Virus record (IMG/VR): IMGVR_UViG_3300017998_000006
DNA: 38,335 bases
Direction: 5' to 3' (one strand)
Source of the DNA: a virus
Of this stretch, positions 27,976-35,633 are shown piece by piece. Position 1 is the first letter of the stretch; every line of letters starts with the position of its first letter. Under the pieces are notes generated by a model that did no database searches, was not told where the DNA came from, and was given only the letters and a program-made list of their open reading frames with translations. The position numbers and the translations under genes were made by a program.

Positions 27976-28004
27976 TTGACATGCGTAAAGCTACGCAGTA
28001 AACT
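27976..28004 (+). promoter_or_regulatory. Candidate rightward promoter (TTGACA-17-TAAACT)
   Basis: Consensus -35 TTGACA (27976..27981), 17-nt spacer, TAAACT (27999..28004); GTG 28012 lies 7 nt downstream. Confidence 0.6.
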
Positions 28005-28011
28005 TGGAATC

Positions 28012-28338
28012 GTGATTGAGACACCCTTTGGCATCCGTTCCGAGATCCGCTACCGCCCCGCGAAGCCGATTCGAGACCCTGAGTACCGCCGATGGGTGAA
28101 GAGACTGCCATGCGCCGCGTGCGGGCGATCCTGGGGTATTGATCCGGCGCACACCGGCCCGCACGGGATGTCCCAGAAGGCTTCAGACCTGACGTGCATC
28201 CCGCTCTGCCGGCGATGCCACGACGCCTTTGACGCCGCGCCCCAAGACTTCGCAGAGCAACATCGGATCGAGGTTTCGGCACTGATTCAACGGCTAAACC
28301 AGGAGTACAGCGAAACCCAAAGGCGGAAGGTGGCATGA
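28012..28338 (+). CDS. HNH/DUF968-like zinc-finger nuclease-type protein
   Basis: RRWVKRLPCAACGRSWGIDPAHTGPHGMSQKASDLTCIPLCRRCHDAF (C-x2-C ... H ... C-x2-CH). GTG 28012 chosen because the promoter lies inside the longest ORF (from GTG 27898). Confidence 0.55.
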   Translation: MIETPFGIRSEIRYRPAKPIRDPEYRRWVKRLPCAACGRSWGIDPAHTGPHGMSQKASDLTCIPLCRRCHDAFDAAPQDFAEQHRIEVSALIQRLNQEYSETQRRKVA

Positions 28339-28523
28339 TGACACTTAATTCTTTTGAAGCGATTCTACGGGGCCAGTGGTCCCACCTCGAGGCTGTGATC
28401 CGTGGTCCGGTGCCCTACTGGCTCACCACCATGCGCCAGTGGACTTCCCAGGGAGTCATCTGCTGGACCGTCCTGGTGATTGCTACGCTTGCCACCGCGC
28501 GGACCTGCCGGAGGTGCAAATAG
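28335..28523 (+). CDS. Small membrane protein
   Basis: ATGA-coupled; TM GVICWTVLVIATLATA; C-terminus RTCRRCK. Confidence 0.55.
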   Translation: MMTLNSFEAILRGQWSHLEAVIRGPVPYWLTTMRQWTSQGVICWTVLVIATLATARTCRRCK

Positions 28524-28525
28524 CC

Positions 28526-28711
28526 ATGGCAAACGAAGCCCTTATCCAACGTGTCCGAGCCTCAGCCGGCGGCGGGCGCATTCACCAGGTAGAGCAGTTG
28601 ATCGGAGCCTACCGAATGTACGGCGCCGTCCTCGAGCGCAGACCGGCCGACCGAGACAGCCGGCAGAAATTCCAGGCCGTCGAAGCCCAACTGGAAAGGC
28701 AGGTATGCTGA
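28526..28711 (+). CDS. Hypothetical small protein
   Basis: GGAGG 11 nt before ATG; MANEALIQRVRASAGGG...; helical. Confidence 0.55.
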   Translation: MANEALIQRVRASAGGGRIHQVEQLIGAYRMYGAVLERRPADRDSRQKFQAVEAQLERQVC

Positions 28712-29043
28712 TGGACCGTTTCACCGAGGAATCCGTTTTCGGCCCGGCGCAGAACTTCCGGCTGAGCCGGCAAGCCGAGCCGAAGCCCTTCTTTGCCATC
28801 GCAGAGCCTTGCCAGCGGTGCGGGCGCCCGCTCGACGGTACGGAGTGCCCGTGCGAAGACGATCCCGAAACGCCTGTAGAGCCTCGGTGCCCGATTGAAT
28901 ACGCGCTGATTCTGCAAGCCCAAGCCGTCGCACAACTGAACTACCAGGTGAAACTCCACCGGCTTACATGCCCCATCTGCCAGCGCACGCACAAGGAAGC
29001 CGGCCGCGAGCCAGGCCGCACCACATGGGAGAAGGCCGCTTGA
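28705..29043 (+). CDS. Zinc-binding small protein
   Basis: Start overlaps the previous stop (ATGCTGA); CQRCGRPLDGTECPC ... CPICQRTH. Confidence 0.55.
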   Translation: MLMDRFTEESVFGPAQNFRLSRQAEPKPFFAIAEPCQRCGRPLDGTECPCEDDPETPVEPRCPIEYALILQAQAVAQLNYQVKLHRLTCPICQRTHKEAGREPGRTTWEKAA

Positions 29044-29204
29044 TGCGTACCAGCGACGATGTGACAGCCGAATCCGCTTACAGGTTGAGCCAAAGCCGAC
29101 AGGAGGCAATCGCGGCCCGCCGCAAACTGACCCGATTTCGTATTTTGATCGTTTTGCAGTGGGCCTTCATCATATGGCTCATCTGGTCCAGGAGGCCTTG
29201 CTGA
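29043..29204 (+). CDS. 53-aa membrane protein
   Basis: TGATG-coupled; TM FRILIVLQWAFIIWLIW. Confidence 0.5.
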   Translation: MRTSDDVTAESAYRLSQSRQEAIAARRKLTRFRILIVLQWAFIIWLIWSRRPC

Positions 29205-29539
29205 TGCCCCTTTACGGCCCATTGTCGCCCACAGAATCCGCCGCGCGCCGTCCAGAGCCGCTACGCCCCGGCCAACACATCAACCATGTACGTTTTGAAG
29301 AGGCGCATCCGTACCGCGTGGTGGGACCTGAGAACATACCGCAGCGCCGGTTCGCAACGCTTGTATGCGCCGCCAGAACAGTAGCGTACGCCGGCCCGCG
29401 CTTCCACGTCGAGTGCGGAGACTTCCGCGCCTCATACCACGAGTGCCAGCGCTTCGCAAACAACGCCGATTTTGACCGCCAGGTGCAAGAGGCCCGGGAA
29501 GACGCGAAGTACTGGGAGAAGATCAAGGAGCCTAAATGA
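29204..29539 (+). CDS. Hypothetical protein
   Basis: GGAGG 9 nt before ATG 29204; TGATG coupling; MPLYGPLSPTES... Confidence 0.55.
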   Translation: MPLYGPLSPTESAARRPEPLRPGQHINHVRFEEAHPYRVVGPENIPQRRFATLVCAARTVAYAGPRFHVECGDFRASYHECQRFANNADFDRQVQEAREDAKYWEKIKEPK

Positions 29540-29943
29540 ACGTCCACTTCGAACCCAACGTACCCCAGACTTTGGCCCTTCAGGAACCAAGAGCCGAGCA
29601 GTTCGGAGACTACGAGATCACATACACGCTCACCGACGGCCGGCTACTGAAAGTCTCCAAGGCCGTCGCCGCGAAAATCAACGAGTTGGACTTGCAGCCC
29701 GGCGAAACCTTTGGGATCTGCAAGCAGATGGTCTTCAATGAGCAGCGCAGGCGCGACACGCCAGTCTGGACGGTCTGGTTAACCCCGGAGACCGAGAAGG
29801 CCAGGACCAAGCAGGAGACACAGCCGCCCATGACGCTGGCCGACGTGAAGCGACCGGGGAAGGTCCGTAGCATCCGCAAAAAAGGACCAGAGCAGCAAAC
29901 CTTGATATTCGACCGAGACCTTTTGGAACTGGTAATGCTATGA
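29536..29943 (+). CDS. Hypothetical protein
   Basis: ATGA-coupled on both sides; 135 aa with protein-like composition. Confidence 0.65.
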   Translation: MNVHFEPNVPQTLALQEPRAEQFGDYEITYTLTDGRLLKVSKAVAAKINELDLQPGETFGICKQMVFNEQRRRDTPVWTVWLTPETEKARTKQETQPPMTLADVKRPGKVRSIRKKGPEQQTLIFDRDLLELVML

Positions 29944-30998
29944 AATCCCCGCAAAACTGGGCCATTTATTGTCTCAAAGATCCACGCACCGGCACAGTTC
30001 GTTATGTCGGCTGGACTTCACAAACACCCACAAGGCGTATGACATGCCATCTTTCAGAAGCACTTCACGAGTCGCGACAAGCACATACATTCAAATCCAG
30101 ATGGATTCGCCTCCTGCTAACCACAGGGGTTCGACCTGTCATGGAAGTTCTGGAAACAGGCATAGGCGATTCCTGGGCATCAGCAGAACAACGGTGGATA
30201 GCATTCTTTCGTGGTAACGGGGCGGCTCTCACAAATGGATCAGACGGAGGAGAAGGCAATTTGGGCTACAGTCCACCGCCAGAGGTTCGAGAGAAGATCT
30301 CACGCGCAAACAAGGGCTGCAAACGTTCGCCTGAGCATATAGCCAAAATGGCAGCAGCGGCTCGGCTGGCAAACACTGGGAGGCACCGTTCGCCGGAAAT
30401 CACAGAAAAAATTGCGAGCCAGCTACGTGGAGTTCCAAGACCTCCTGAAGTGTGGGAAAACTGCCGCAAAGCCTCAAAAGGCCGGATCGTATCAAAAGAA
30501 ACCCGCCAAAAACTCTCCGATTGTCGAAGGGGAAAGCCTCTATCTTTGGAAACTCGGGCGAGAATGAGTGAATCGGCCAAACACAAACCGCCCATGAGTG
30601 CTGAAACTCGCGCTCTCTTATCTGCAAAACTGAAAGGTCGCACATGCGGAACTCCAGAAGGACGTAGGAGCCGAATCGAAAAGATGCGGGGCCGCATAAA
30701 TCCCAAAGCGATAGCCGCCATGATCGCGGCAAACACCGGCTCCAAACACCCACCCGAAACAGCAGCTAAAAATGCGGCAACCCGTGCTAGCTGGCCCCCC
30801 GAATATCGGGCCGAAGTTGGTAGGCGAATCAGCGAGAAGTGCAAAGGCCGAAAACATTCAGCCGAAACACGGGAAAAACTCGCCGCATGGCATCGGGGCC
30901 GTAAAGCTTCTCCAGAAACGCTCATCAGAATGAGCGAATCTGCCAAGCGGAAGAGTTCAGCCAGCAACAACGGGTTGCTGAGCCTGTGGGAGCGCTGA
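29940..30998 (+). CDS. GIY-YIG homing endonuclease with ~10 NUMOD3-type repeats
   Basis: WAIYCLKDPRTGTVRYVGWTS (GIY-x10-YVG), ...AEQRWIAFF..LTNGSDGG; then repeated S/P-x-E-x-R-x-K-h-S-x-x-x-K/R-G units (PEVREKISRANKG, PEHIAKMAAAA, PEITEKIASQLRG, KETRQKLSDCRRG, LETRARMSESAKH, AETRALLSAKLKG, AETREKLAAWHRG, PETLIRMSESAKR). Confidence 0.85.
   Translation: MKSPQNWAIYCLKDPRTGTVRYVGWTSQTPTRRMTCHLSEALHESRQAHTFKSRWIRLLLTTGVRPVMEVLETGIGDSWASAEQRWIAFFRGNGAALTNGSDGGEGNLGYSPPPEVREKISRANKGCKRSPEHIAKMAAAARLANTGRHRSPEITEKIASQLRGVPRPPEVWENCRKASKGRIVSKETRQKLSDCRRGKPLSLETRARMSESAKHKPPMSAETRALLSAKLKGRTCGTPEGRRSRIEKMRGRINPKAIAAMIAANTGSKHPPETAAKNAATRASWPPEYRAEVGRRISEKCKGRKHSAETREKLAAWHRGRKASPETLIRMSESAKRKSSASNNGLLSLWER
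29940..30998 (+). mobile_element. Free-standing homing-endonuclease gene (selfish mobile gene)
   Basis: GIY-YIG/NUMOD3 architecture as in phage Seg/Tev-type endonucleases; its 3' 39 nt are duplicated 281 nt downstream. Confidence 0.5.
30960..30998 (+). repeat. 39-nt direct repeat, copy 1 (3' end of the endonuclease gene)
   Basis: gccagcaacaacgggttgctgagcctgtgggagcgctga; 36/39 identical to 31241..31279, with the last 27 nt perfect. Confidence 0.9.
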
Positions 30999-31279
30999 TG
31001 AACTCCACCGAAGCAGAAATGGCTCTTGACGATATCCAAAGAGTTCTTGGAGTTGCCAAACGGGTCATCGCAGCGCAGTTATCCCGACGAGCAGCAACCT
31101 GCACACCCACCTGTAACGCCAATCTCGTACCCGGCATGGCACACAATTGCGCACTGGGAGTGCGGGTACGGGAAATTGTGGACCGCCTAGTGTGGGAGAC
31201 ACCAGCGGCAAGACGTGAAATAGAAGATGTTTTAATTTCCGCCAGCAACTCAGGGTTGCTGAGCCTGTGGGAGCGCTGA
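30998..31279 (+). CDS. Hypothetical protein sharing its last 12 residues with the endonuclease
   Basis: TGATG-coupled; MNSTEAEMALDD...; C-terminus ASNSGLLSLWER* versus ASNNGLLSLWER* in 29940..30998. Confidence 0.6.
   Translation: MNSTEAEMALDDIQRVLGVAKRVIAAQLSRRAATCTPTCNANLVPGMAHNCALGVRVREIVDRLVWETPAARREIEDVLISASNSGLLSLWER
31241..31279 (+). repeat. 39-nt direct repeat, copy 2
   Basis: gccagcaactcagggttgctgagcctgtgggagcgctga. Confidence 0.9.
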
Positions 31280-31281
31280 AC

Positions 31282-31506
31282 ATGGCACAGACCAAGACGC
31301 GAAGCGAAGAGGTCCGAAAGATCATCAAGGCATTGCTGGAAGCCGGAGACGCCAGCGCAGCCGCATCAAGCACCGGCAATCCGGCTGAACTCAACAAGGC
31401 GGAGCGCCAAACTGACCGGGCGATCACCAAGGCCTACAGGTTCATGACGGGCGAAGACCCGCCGACTGGCGACCTCGTGGAATTCGTCTACGGAGAGCCA
31501 GAATGA
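31282..31506 (+). CDS. Hypothetical small protein
   Basis: ATG 2 nt after the previous stop; MAQTKTRSEEVRKIIKALLEAGD... Confidence 0.55.
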   Translation: MAQTKTRSEEVRKIIKALLEAGDASAAASSTGNPAELNKAERQTDRAITKAYRFMTGEDPPTGDLVEFVYGEPE

Positions 31507-31682
31507 ACAGCTTTCAGTACGCCATAGCCAAAGCCGCTTGGGAAGCCTCCTACGAAGCCAACCACGAGGACGAGTTCGCAGGCTTTGACGATCTCAGCCC
31601 GAAAAGACAACGCGCATGGCTTGCGGCTGCCATCGCAGCGCTTGAAAAAGCTGCCGAATACGCCGCTGGAAGGTCCCAATGA
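31503..31682 (+). CDS. 59-aa protein (below the ORF-track cutoff), N-terminal paralog of 31679..31900
   Basis: Hand translation MNSFQYAIAKAAWEASYEANHEDEFAGFDDLSPKRQRAWLAAAIAALEKAAEYAAGRSQ*; ATGA-coupled at both ends. Confidence 0.55.
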   Translation: MNSFQYAIAKAAWEASYEANHEDEFAGFDDLSPKRQRAWLAAAIAALEKAAEYAAGRSQ

Positions 31683-31900
31683 ACAGTTTTCAGTACGCCA
31701 TAGCCAAAGCCGCGGAAGCATTTGAAAACGAGTTTCTGATCCGGCTGGCCGCCACCTGGTTAAAGTGCCGATGGTGGATCATGGGACACCGGCTGTACGG
31801 AGGCCCCTACGACCTTCCAGGAACGCTGTTGGCGATGGAGGACTATGCCGCCGAAATGCGCCTCCTGTGCGCTGAAATCAAGGTGCGCCCTCATGTATGA
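31679..31900 (+). CDS. Hypothetical small protein, same first 12 residues as 31503..31682
   Basis: MNSFQYAIAKAAEAFENEF...; the first 35 nt are 34/35 identical to 31503..31537. Confidence 0.6.
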   Translation: MNSFQYAIAKAAEAFENEFLIRLAATWLKCRWWIMGHRLYGGPYDLPGTLLAMEDYAAEMRLLCAEIKVRPHV

Positions 31901-32066
31901 GCCCGACAAGTGCCCGCACTGCGGCAAGCGCGCCATGCCCGCAATACGCCCCGAGAGCAAGGCCACTGCGAGACGTTGCCAAGAGTGCGGGTACGTTGAA
32001 GACTTCCGACAAGGAGCAAACTTTGAAACCAGAGAAAACGCTGCTAATGGAAATTCTCAGAGATGA
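31893..32066 (+). CDS. Zinc-ribbon small protein
   Basis: MYEPDKCPHCGKRA...RRCQECGYVEDF; the start overlaps the previous stop. Confidence 0.55.
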   Translation: MYEPDKCPHCGKRAMPAIRPESKATARRCQECGYVEDFRQGANFETRENAANGNSQR

Positions 32067-32235
32067 AATTCGAGCGAAACTACCGAGTTTCACTCGATTG
32101 TGTAACCAAGACGCTCCGCCGACCATCCTGATGCACCAAGACACCTTCGGGATCAGCGACGAAGAGATGTTGCTACTCGGGAAAGCCATCAAATACGGTG
32201 GTAGCCACGGCAAGACCATAACGGTGATTCCATGA
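32047..32235 (+). CDS. Hypothetical small protein
   Basis: In-frame ATG of ORF 31897..32235 (MEILRDEIRAKLPSF...); the upstream part of that ORF overlaps the zinc-ribbon gene. Confidence 0.45.
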   Translation: MEILRDEIRAKLPSFTRLCNQDAPPTILMHQDTFGISDEEMLLLGKAIKYGGSHGKTITVIP

Positions 32236-32600
32236 GCCGTCTTTTAAGGGTGACCTACCGCGCCACCTTCCAGCAGCCCAAACAGGGTCCGCTAAATCTG
32301 ATGGGCTGCCGCATGCTCATCGCGTGGTACGCCGAAGTCTACCAGGCCACCAAAGAACGCTGGTCGGCCCGCACACCTTTGGATAAGCCCGACACGCCCA
32401 AAAACGAGCCGTGGCCACTCCAACACGGCGCCACAGCCGAGCAGATGCGCCTGAACGTCGCCGAAGCCTTCGAAACGCAACTGACGCCCTGGGAAATGTG
32501 GGGCAACCCCGGCACAAAAATGGACTCAGCCCGTCTTTTACAGCCCGAAGAGGTTGAGATCCGAGAGAATGGACAAGTCTACTTCAAGGAGCCAAAATAA
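32232..32600 (+). CDS. Hypothetical protein
   Basis: ATGA-coupled; 122 aa. Confidence 0.65.
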   Translation: MSRLLRVTYRATFQQPKQGPLNLMGCRMLIAWYAEVYQATKERWSARTPLDKPDTPKNEPWPLQHGATAEQMRLNVAEAFETQLTPWEMWGNPGTKMDSARLLQPEEVEIRENGQVYFKEPK

Positions 32601-33493
32601 TGGACCGCAGAGAGATTTTGAACGAACTACAGCAGATCGTCGCCATCACGGACACCGTAGGTTCAGACTACGGCATTCCAGAAGTCGCCCGCCGCGCCAA
32701 GAGTCTAATCCAGGTGGTCGAATCCTGGCCAATAGCCTTCCCGCCGGCCCCGTTTGTCAGCGATCAATGCGCCGAAAGACACCACTGCAAATGTCAAACA
32801 GAGCATGAATGCCACTGCTCCTGCCACGACCGGTGTGGCCGAGGCCCAGAAGCCCCACAGCAGCCCGCTGAACCCGCGCTTCCCACCGTGCCCAAGCCGT
32901 TCGCAGCATGGCGAAAGGAGCAGGAAGCCGCCTACGAACCTGGCTCTGACGCCAGCGCAGCCAGCGGACCGGCCGCCCGCCACATCGACACCCCAGACGA
33001 GCTGCTGGAACTCCTGGCCGGCGTATCCAGTGATCCCCAAGTAGAAGGGCTCAGCTTGGCGCAGAAGGCATCTACCATGGCACTGCTGCACATTGCCAAG
33101 ACTTTGCCGCAAATCTCGTACCAGCTCGAAGACATCGACACCGCACTGGAACAGATTGGCATACCGATAGACAATGGGGCCAAGACGCTGGAGCAGCTCG
33201 CCGAGATGCAGCGCACGGCTATGGATTACCTAATGGACAAGAGCGTTGCCGCAACCGCACCGCAGCCAATGCGAATCTATGTCAAACGCTCCCGCAGACG
33301 CGCTGCCGAAGCCTGCACAAGCGCACGAGCGGCCGAGGCGAACGAAATGGCCCGCAAGATCGTTGCAGAAATCGAGGTTGTGTCACCAGAAGACGAAGCC
33401 GAAAAAACAGTCAGAATCGCCCTCATGCTTCGCCGCTGGCGGTACGGAGATGATGCGAAAGAATCCCCCACCAGCCCCCAGAAGCCGAGCTAA
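32600..33493 (+). CDS. Hypothetical protein with Cys/His cluster
   Basis: TAATG-coupled; CAERHHCKCQTEHECHCSCHDRCG; acidic helical C-half. Confidence 0.65.
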   Translation: MDRREILNELQQIVAITDTVGSDYGIPEVARRAKSLIQVVESWPIAFPPAPFVSDQCAERHHCKCQTEHECHCSCHDRCGRGPEAPQQPAEPALPTVPKPFAAWRKEQEAAYEPGSDASAASGPAARHIDTPDELLELLAGVSSDPQVEGLSLAQKASTMALLHIAKTLPQISYQLEDIDTALEQIGIPIDNGAKTLEQLAEMQRTAMDYLMDKSVAATAPQPMRIYVKRSRRRAAEACTSARAAEANEMARKIVAEIEVVSPEDEAEKTVRIALMLRRWRYGDDAKESPTSPQKPS

Positions 33494-33513
33494 AGCGCAC
33501 AGGGAGGCCAGTC

Positions 33514-33774
33514 ATGGGCGATCTGCTACAGTTCGAGAAGCGTAAGGCCGGCCGGCCCAGGCTCTCACCACCAATCGTGCACAGCGACTCGCTATGCTCC
33601 TGTGGCCAGCCAAAGCCTCCCCTTGCCCGGGCCTGCCGGGAATGCTCTTGGCGAGATGAGCAGATCTTCGCGCGGCTGGACAGAGCCACCAGAACCGGCC
33701 GGCAATTGGCCAGGCGGGCCGAATATCTCATCCAAAACGGCAAGGAAGAACTGCTCGAGCAGGAATTCCGCTGA
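33514..33774 (+). CDS. Small Cys4 protein with basic N-terminus (possible regulator)
   Basis: GGGAGG 8 nt before ATG; KRKAGRPRLSPP; LCSCGQP...ACRECSW; last gene before the signal-peptide cassette. Confidence 0.55.
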   Translation: MGDLLQFEKRKAGRPRLSPPIVHSDSLCSCGQPKPPLARACRECSWRDEQIFARLDRATRTGRQLARRAEYLIQNGKEELLEQEFR

Positions 33775-33805
33775 TGAAGCCCCTTTCAGGCGTATACTTA
33801 TAGCC

Positions 33806-34690
33806 ATGAGACCTAAACTCTTGGCCTTGCTCCTCTCCCTTGGCAGCCTTGCAGCCTACGGCCAAGCTCCCGACTGCCAATTCACCCAAACCTTCACCGC
33901 GACCGGCTACGGCGTCACCGCGTCCAACCAGGCCGTGGCAAACCTCGGAACGCAATGCGTCACCTGGCGGCTCTCCTACTACGCCGACAACATGACGGCC
34001 CTTTCAATCCAGATCGAAGGCGCACCAGACTCTGCCGGCTCTCCTGGAACGTTCTCAGCCGTGCCCACCACCGCATGCTCGAGCACCGTGCAGCCACCAT
34101 GTATGCTTGACGGCGCGAACCCATTGACGGATATCAACCACAATACTGAAGCGTTCCGCGGATACTACGCATGGATCGCTTTACACGTTACAGTTTTCAC
34201 GTCTCCCGGCTCCGGCGAGATCACCGCCCGCATGTACGGGTACAAAGGCACGTCCTCAGCCAGCGTAATAGGGGGAGGCGGTGGCGTACCAGTAATCCCC
34301 TGTATCGGCACTCCTGGCGCGACCGCAGGTGCTTACCTTCAGCAGTGCCAGACCACTGCTGGAGCAATCTATGCGTGCAACAACCCTGCGAATTGCACGG
34401 TGGCTGTTGACTGGGTCACCGGCTCAGCCACCGTCAGCAAAGCCTCTACAACGGTTACCTTAGGGCCAATCGTTGACGGAGGCTGCGCCGAGACGCCCGT
34501 CTTCAATTTTGCCGGCATTTTGGCCGGCGACACGGTTTTTGCCGGGACCACCTCGACAGGAATGCCCGCCAGCGTGACGGTGGCCGCCAAGGTGGTTTCT
34601 AACAATGTTGTCGCTGTTGATGTTTGCAATCTCAGCGGCGGAATTTACACGGTTTCAAACGCGACCTTCACGGTCGCTATGGCAAAATAG
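33806..34690 (+). CDS. Secreted protein (signal peptide) with C-terminal CNLSGG-type domain
   Basis: MRPKLLALLLSLGSLAAYGQAP; no SD, but TATACT lies 7 nt before ATG; C-domain LGPIVDGGCAE..GDTVFAG..VAVDVCNLSGG..ATFTV is paralogous to 34703..35605. Confidence 0.65.
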   Translation: MRPKLLALLLSLGSLAAYGQAPDCQFTQTFTATGYGVTASNQAVANLGTQCVTWRLSYYADNMTALSIQIEGAPDSAGSPGTFSAVPTTACSSTVQPPCMLDGANPLTDINHNTEAFRGYYAWIALHVTVFTSPGSGEITARMYGYKGTSSASVIGGGGGVPVIPCIGTPGATAGAYLQQCQTTAGAIYACNNPANCTVAVDWVTGSATVSKASTTVTLGPIVDGGCAETPVFNFAGILAGDTVFAGTTSTGMPASVTVAAKVVSNNVVAVDVCNLSGGIYTVSNATFTVAMAK

Positions 34691-34702
34691 GAGAATTTTA
34701 AA

Positions 34703-35605
34703 ATGAAACGCTTGGTTCTATTCGCAGTTTGCAGTCTCACGCTGTTCGCTCAAGCTCCCGTGCAACGCTATACCTCTATTCTCAACGAGGGAGCGACCGG
34801 AACAACCGTTGCCACAATCACATCCCTGACTGGGGCTCCTTCCAAGGCCATCAAGACCACCGTCGGCTGCGCCGGCATCGTCGGCGTCACCGTGGGAGGG
34901 GCCGGCATCACCGGCAGCGCGATTATCGCCACCAATGGGAATGCCTCCATCGTTTTCGACGGGAACACCGTAGCCGGAGATTATTTCACCTGTTCGGGAA
35001 CCGTCGCGGGCAACGCTCACGATACCGGATCCAGTACCTATCCGACAGGTGGTTGGGTGGGAGGAATCGTGCTCACGACGAATGCCGGGACTGGCACGTA
35101 TGCCGCGGTTCTATTTCCTCAGCAGGCGCTCGCCGGAGCCAATGTCGCATTGAGCAATCTCGTCAGCCCGGTGGTTAGCCAGACATTGGAATTTGCCGCC
35201 ACCAAAAGCGTGGGCGATACGACGGCACCCCCTCAGTATCTCTATTTTTACGGGGCTGGAACGCAGGGATCCGATTCTTTCGAGTTCATCGGAACACCAT
35301 CCGGGAATCAGCAGATCACCATTTCTGGATCCGGAACAATAGGGTTCCGGCTGATCGGAACAGCTACTATTACACCCGGATCGCTGGTGGACGGTGCCTG
35401 CGCGGATCAATCCCCCACGGTTGCGCTCACCGGTGCCGTCGCCGGAGATCCGGCCGTGATAGGCGCTCCGTCTACGCTTGCGGCGGGGTTATACGCCCTA
35501 GGAGTGACGACCGCCACCAACACGATTACAGTTCGGCTGTGCAACCTGAGCGGAGGTACGCTTACGCCAGCCAGTGGCACATACACGGCAACTATTGTGC
35601 ATTAA
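34703..35605 (+). CDS. Secreted protein (signal peptide) with C-terminal CNLSGG-type domain
   Basis: AGGAGA 11 nt before ATG; MKRLVLFAVCSLTLFAQAP; C-domain PGSLVDGACAD..GDPAVIG..ITVRLCNLSGG..GTYTATI. Confidence 0.7.
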   Translation: MKRLVLFAVCSLTLFAQAPVQRYTSILNEGATGTTVATITSLTGAPSKAIKTTVGCAGIVGVTVGGAGITGSAIIATNGNASIVFDGNTVAGDYFTCSGTVAGNAHDTGSSTYPTGGWVGGIVLTTNAGTGTYAAVLFPQQALAGANVALSNLVSPVVSQTLEFAATKSVGDTTAPPQYLYFYGAGTQGSDSFEFIGTPSGNQQITISGSGTIGFRLIGTATITPGSLVDGACADQSPTVALTGAVAGDPAVIGAPSTLAAGLYALGVTTATNTITVRLCNLSGGTLTPASGTYTATIVH

Positions 35606-35633
35606 GCCGCGCATCCCACGACAGGAAACACTC

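Noticed and set aside
24867-28338. Lysogeny module (integrase, CI/Cro-type switch, att site)
   Set aside because: No tyrosine or serine recombinase motifs occur anywhere in the genome. The divergent promoters and small basic ORFs could be a regulatory switch, but nothing supports integration.
33602-33805. N-terminal 68-aa extension of the 33806..34690 gene
   Set aside because: It overlaps 33514..33774 out of frame. The signal-peptide-like N-terminus begins at the ATG at 33806.
33806-35605. Diversity-generating retroelement targeting the paralogous C-terminal domains
   Set aside because: No reverse transcriptase gene is present, and there is no near-identical template/variable repeat pair. 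The two domains are only distantly similar.
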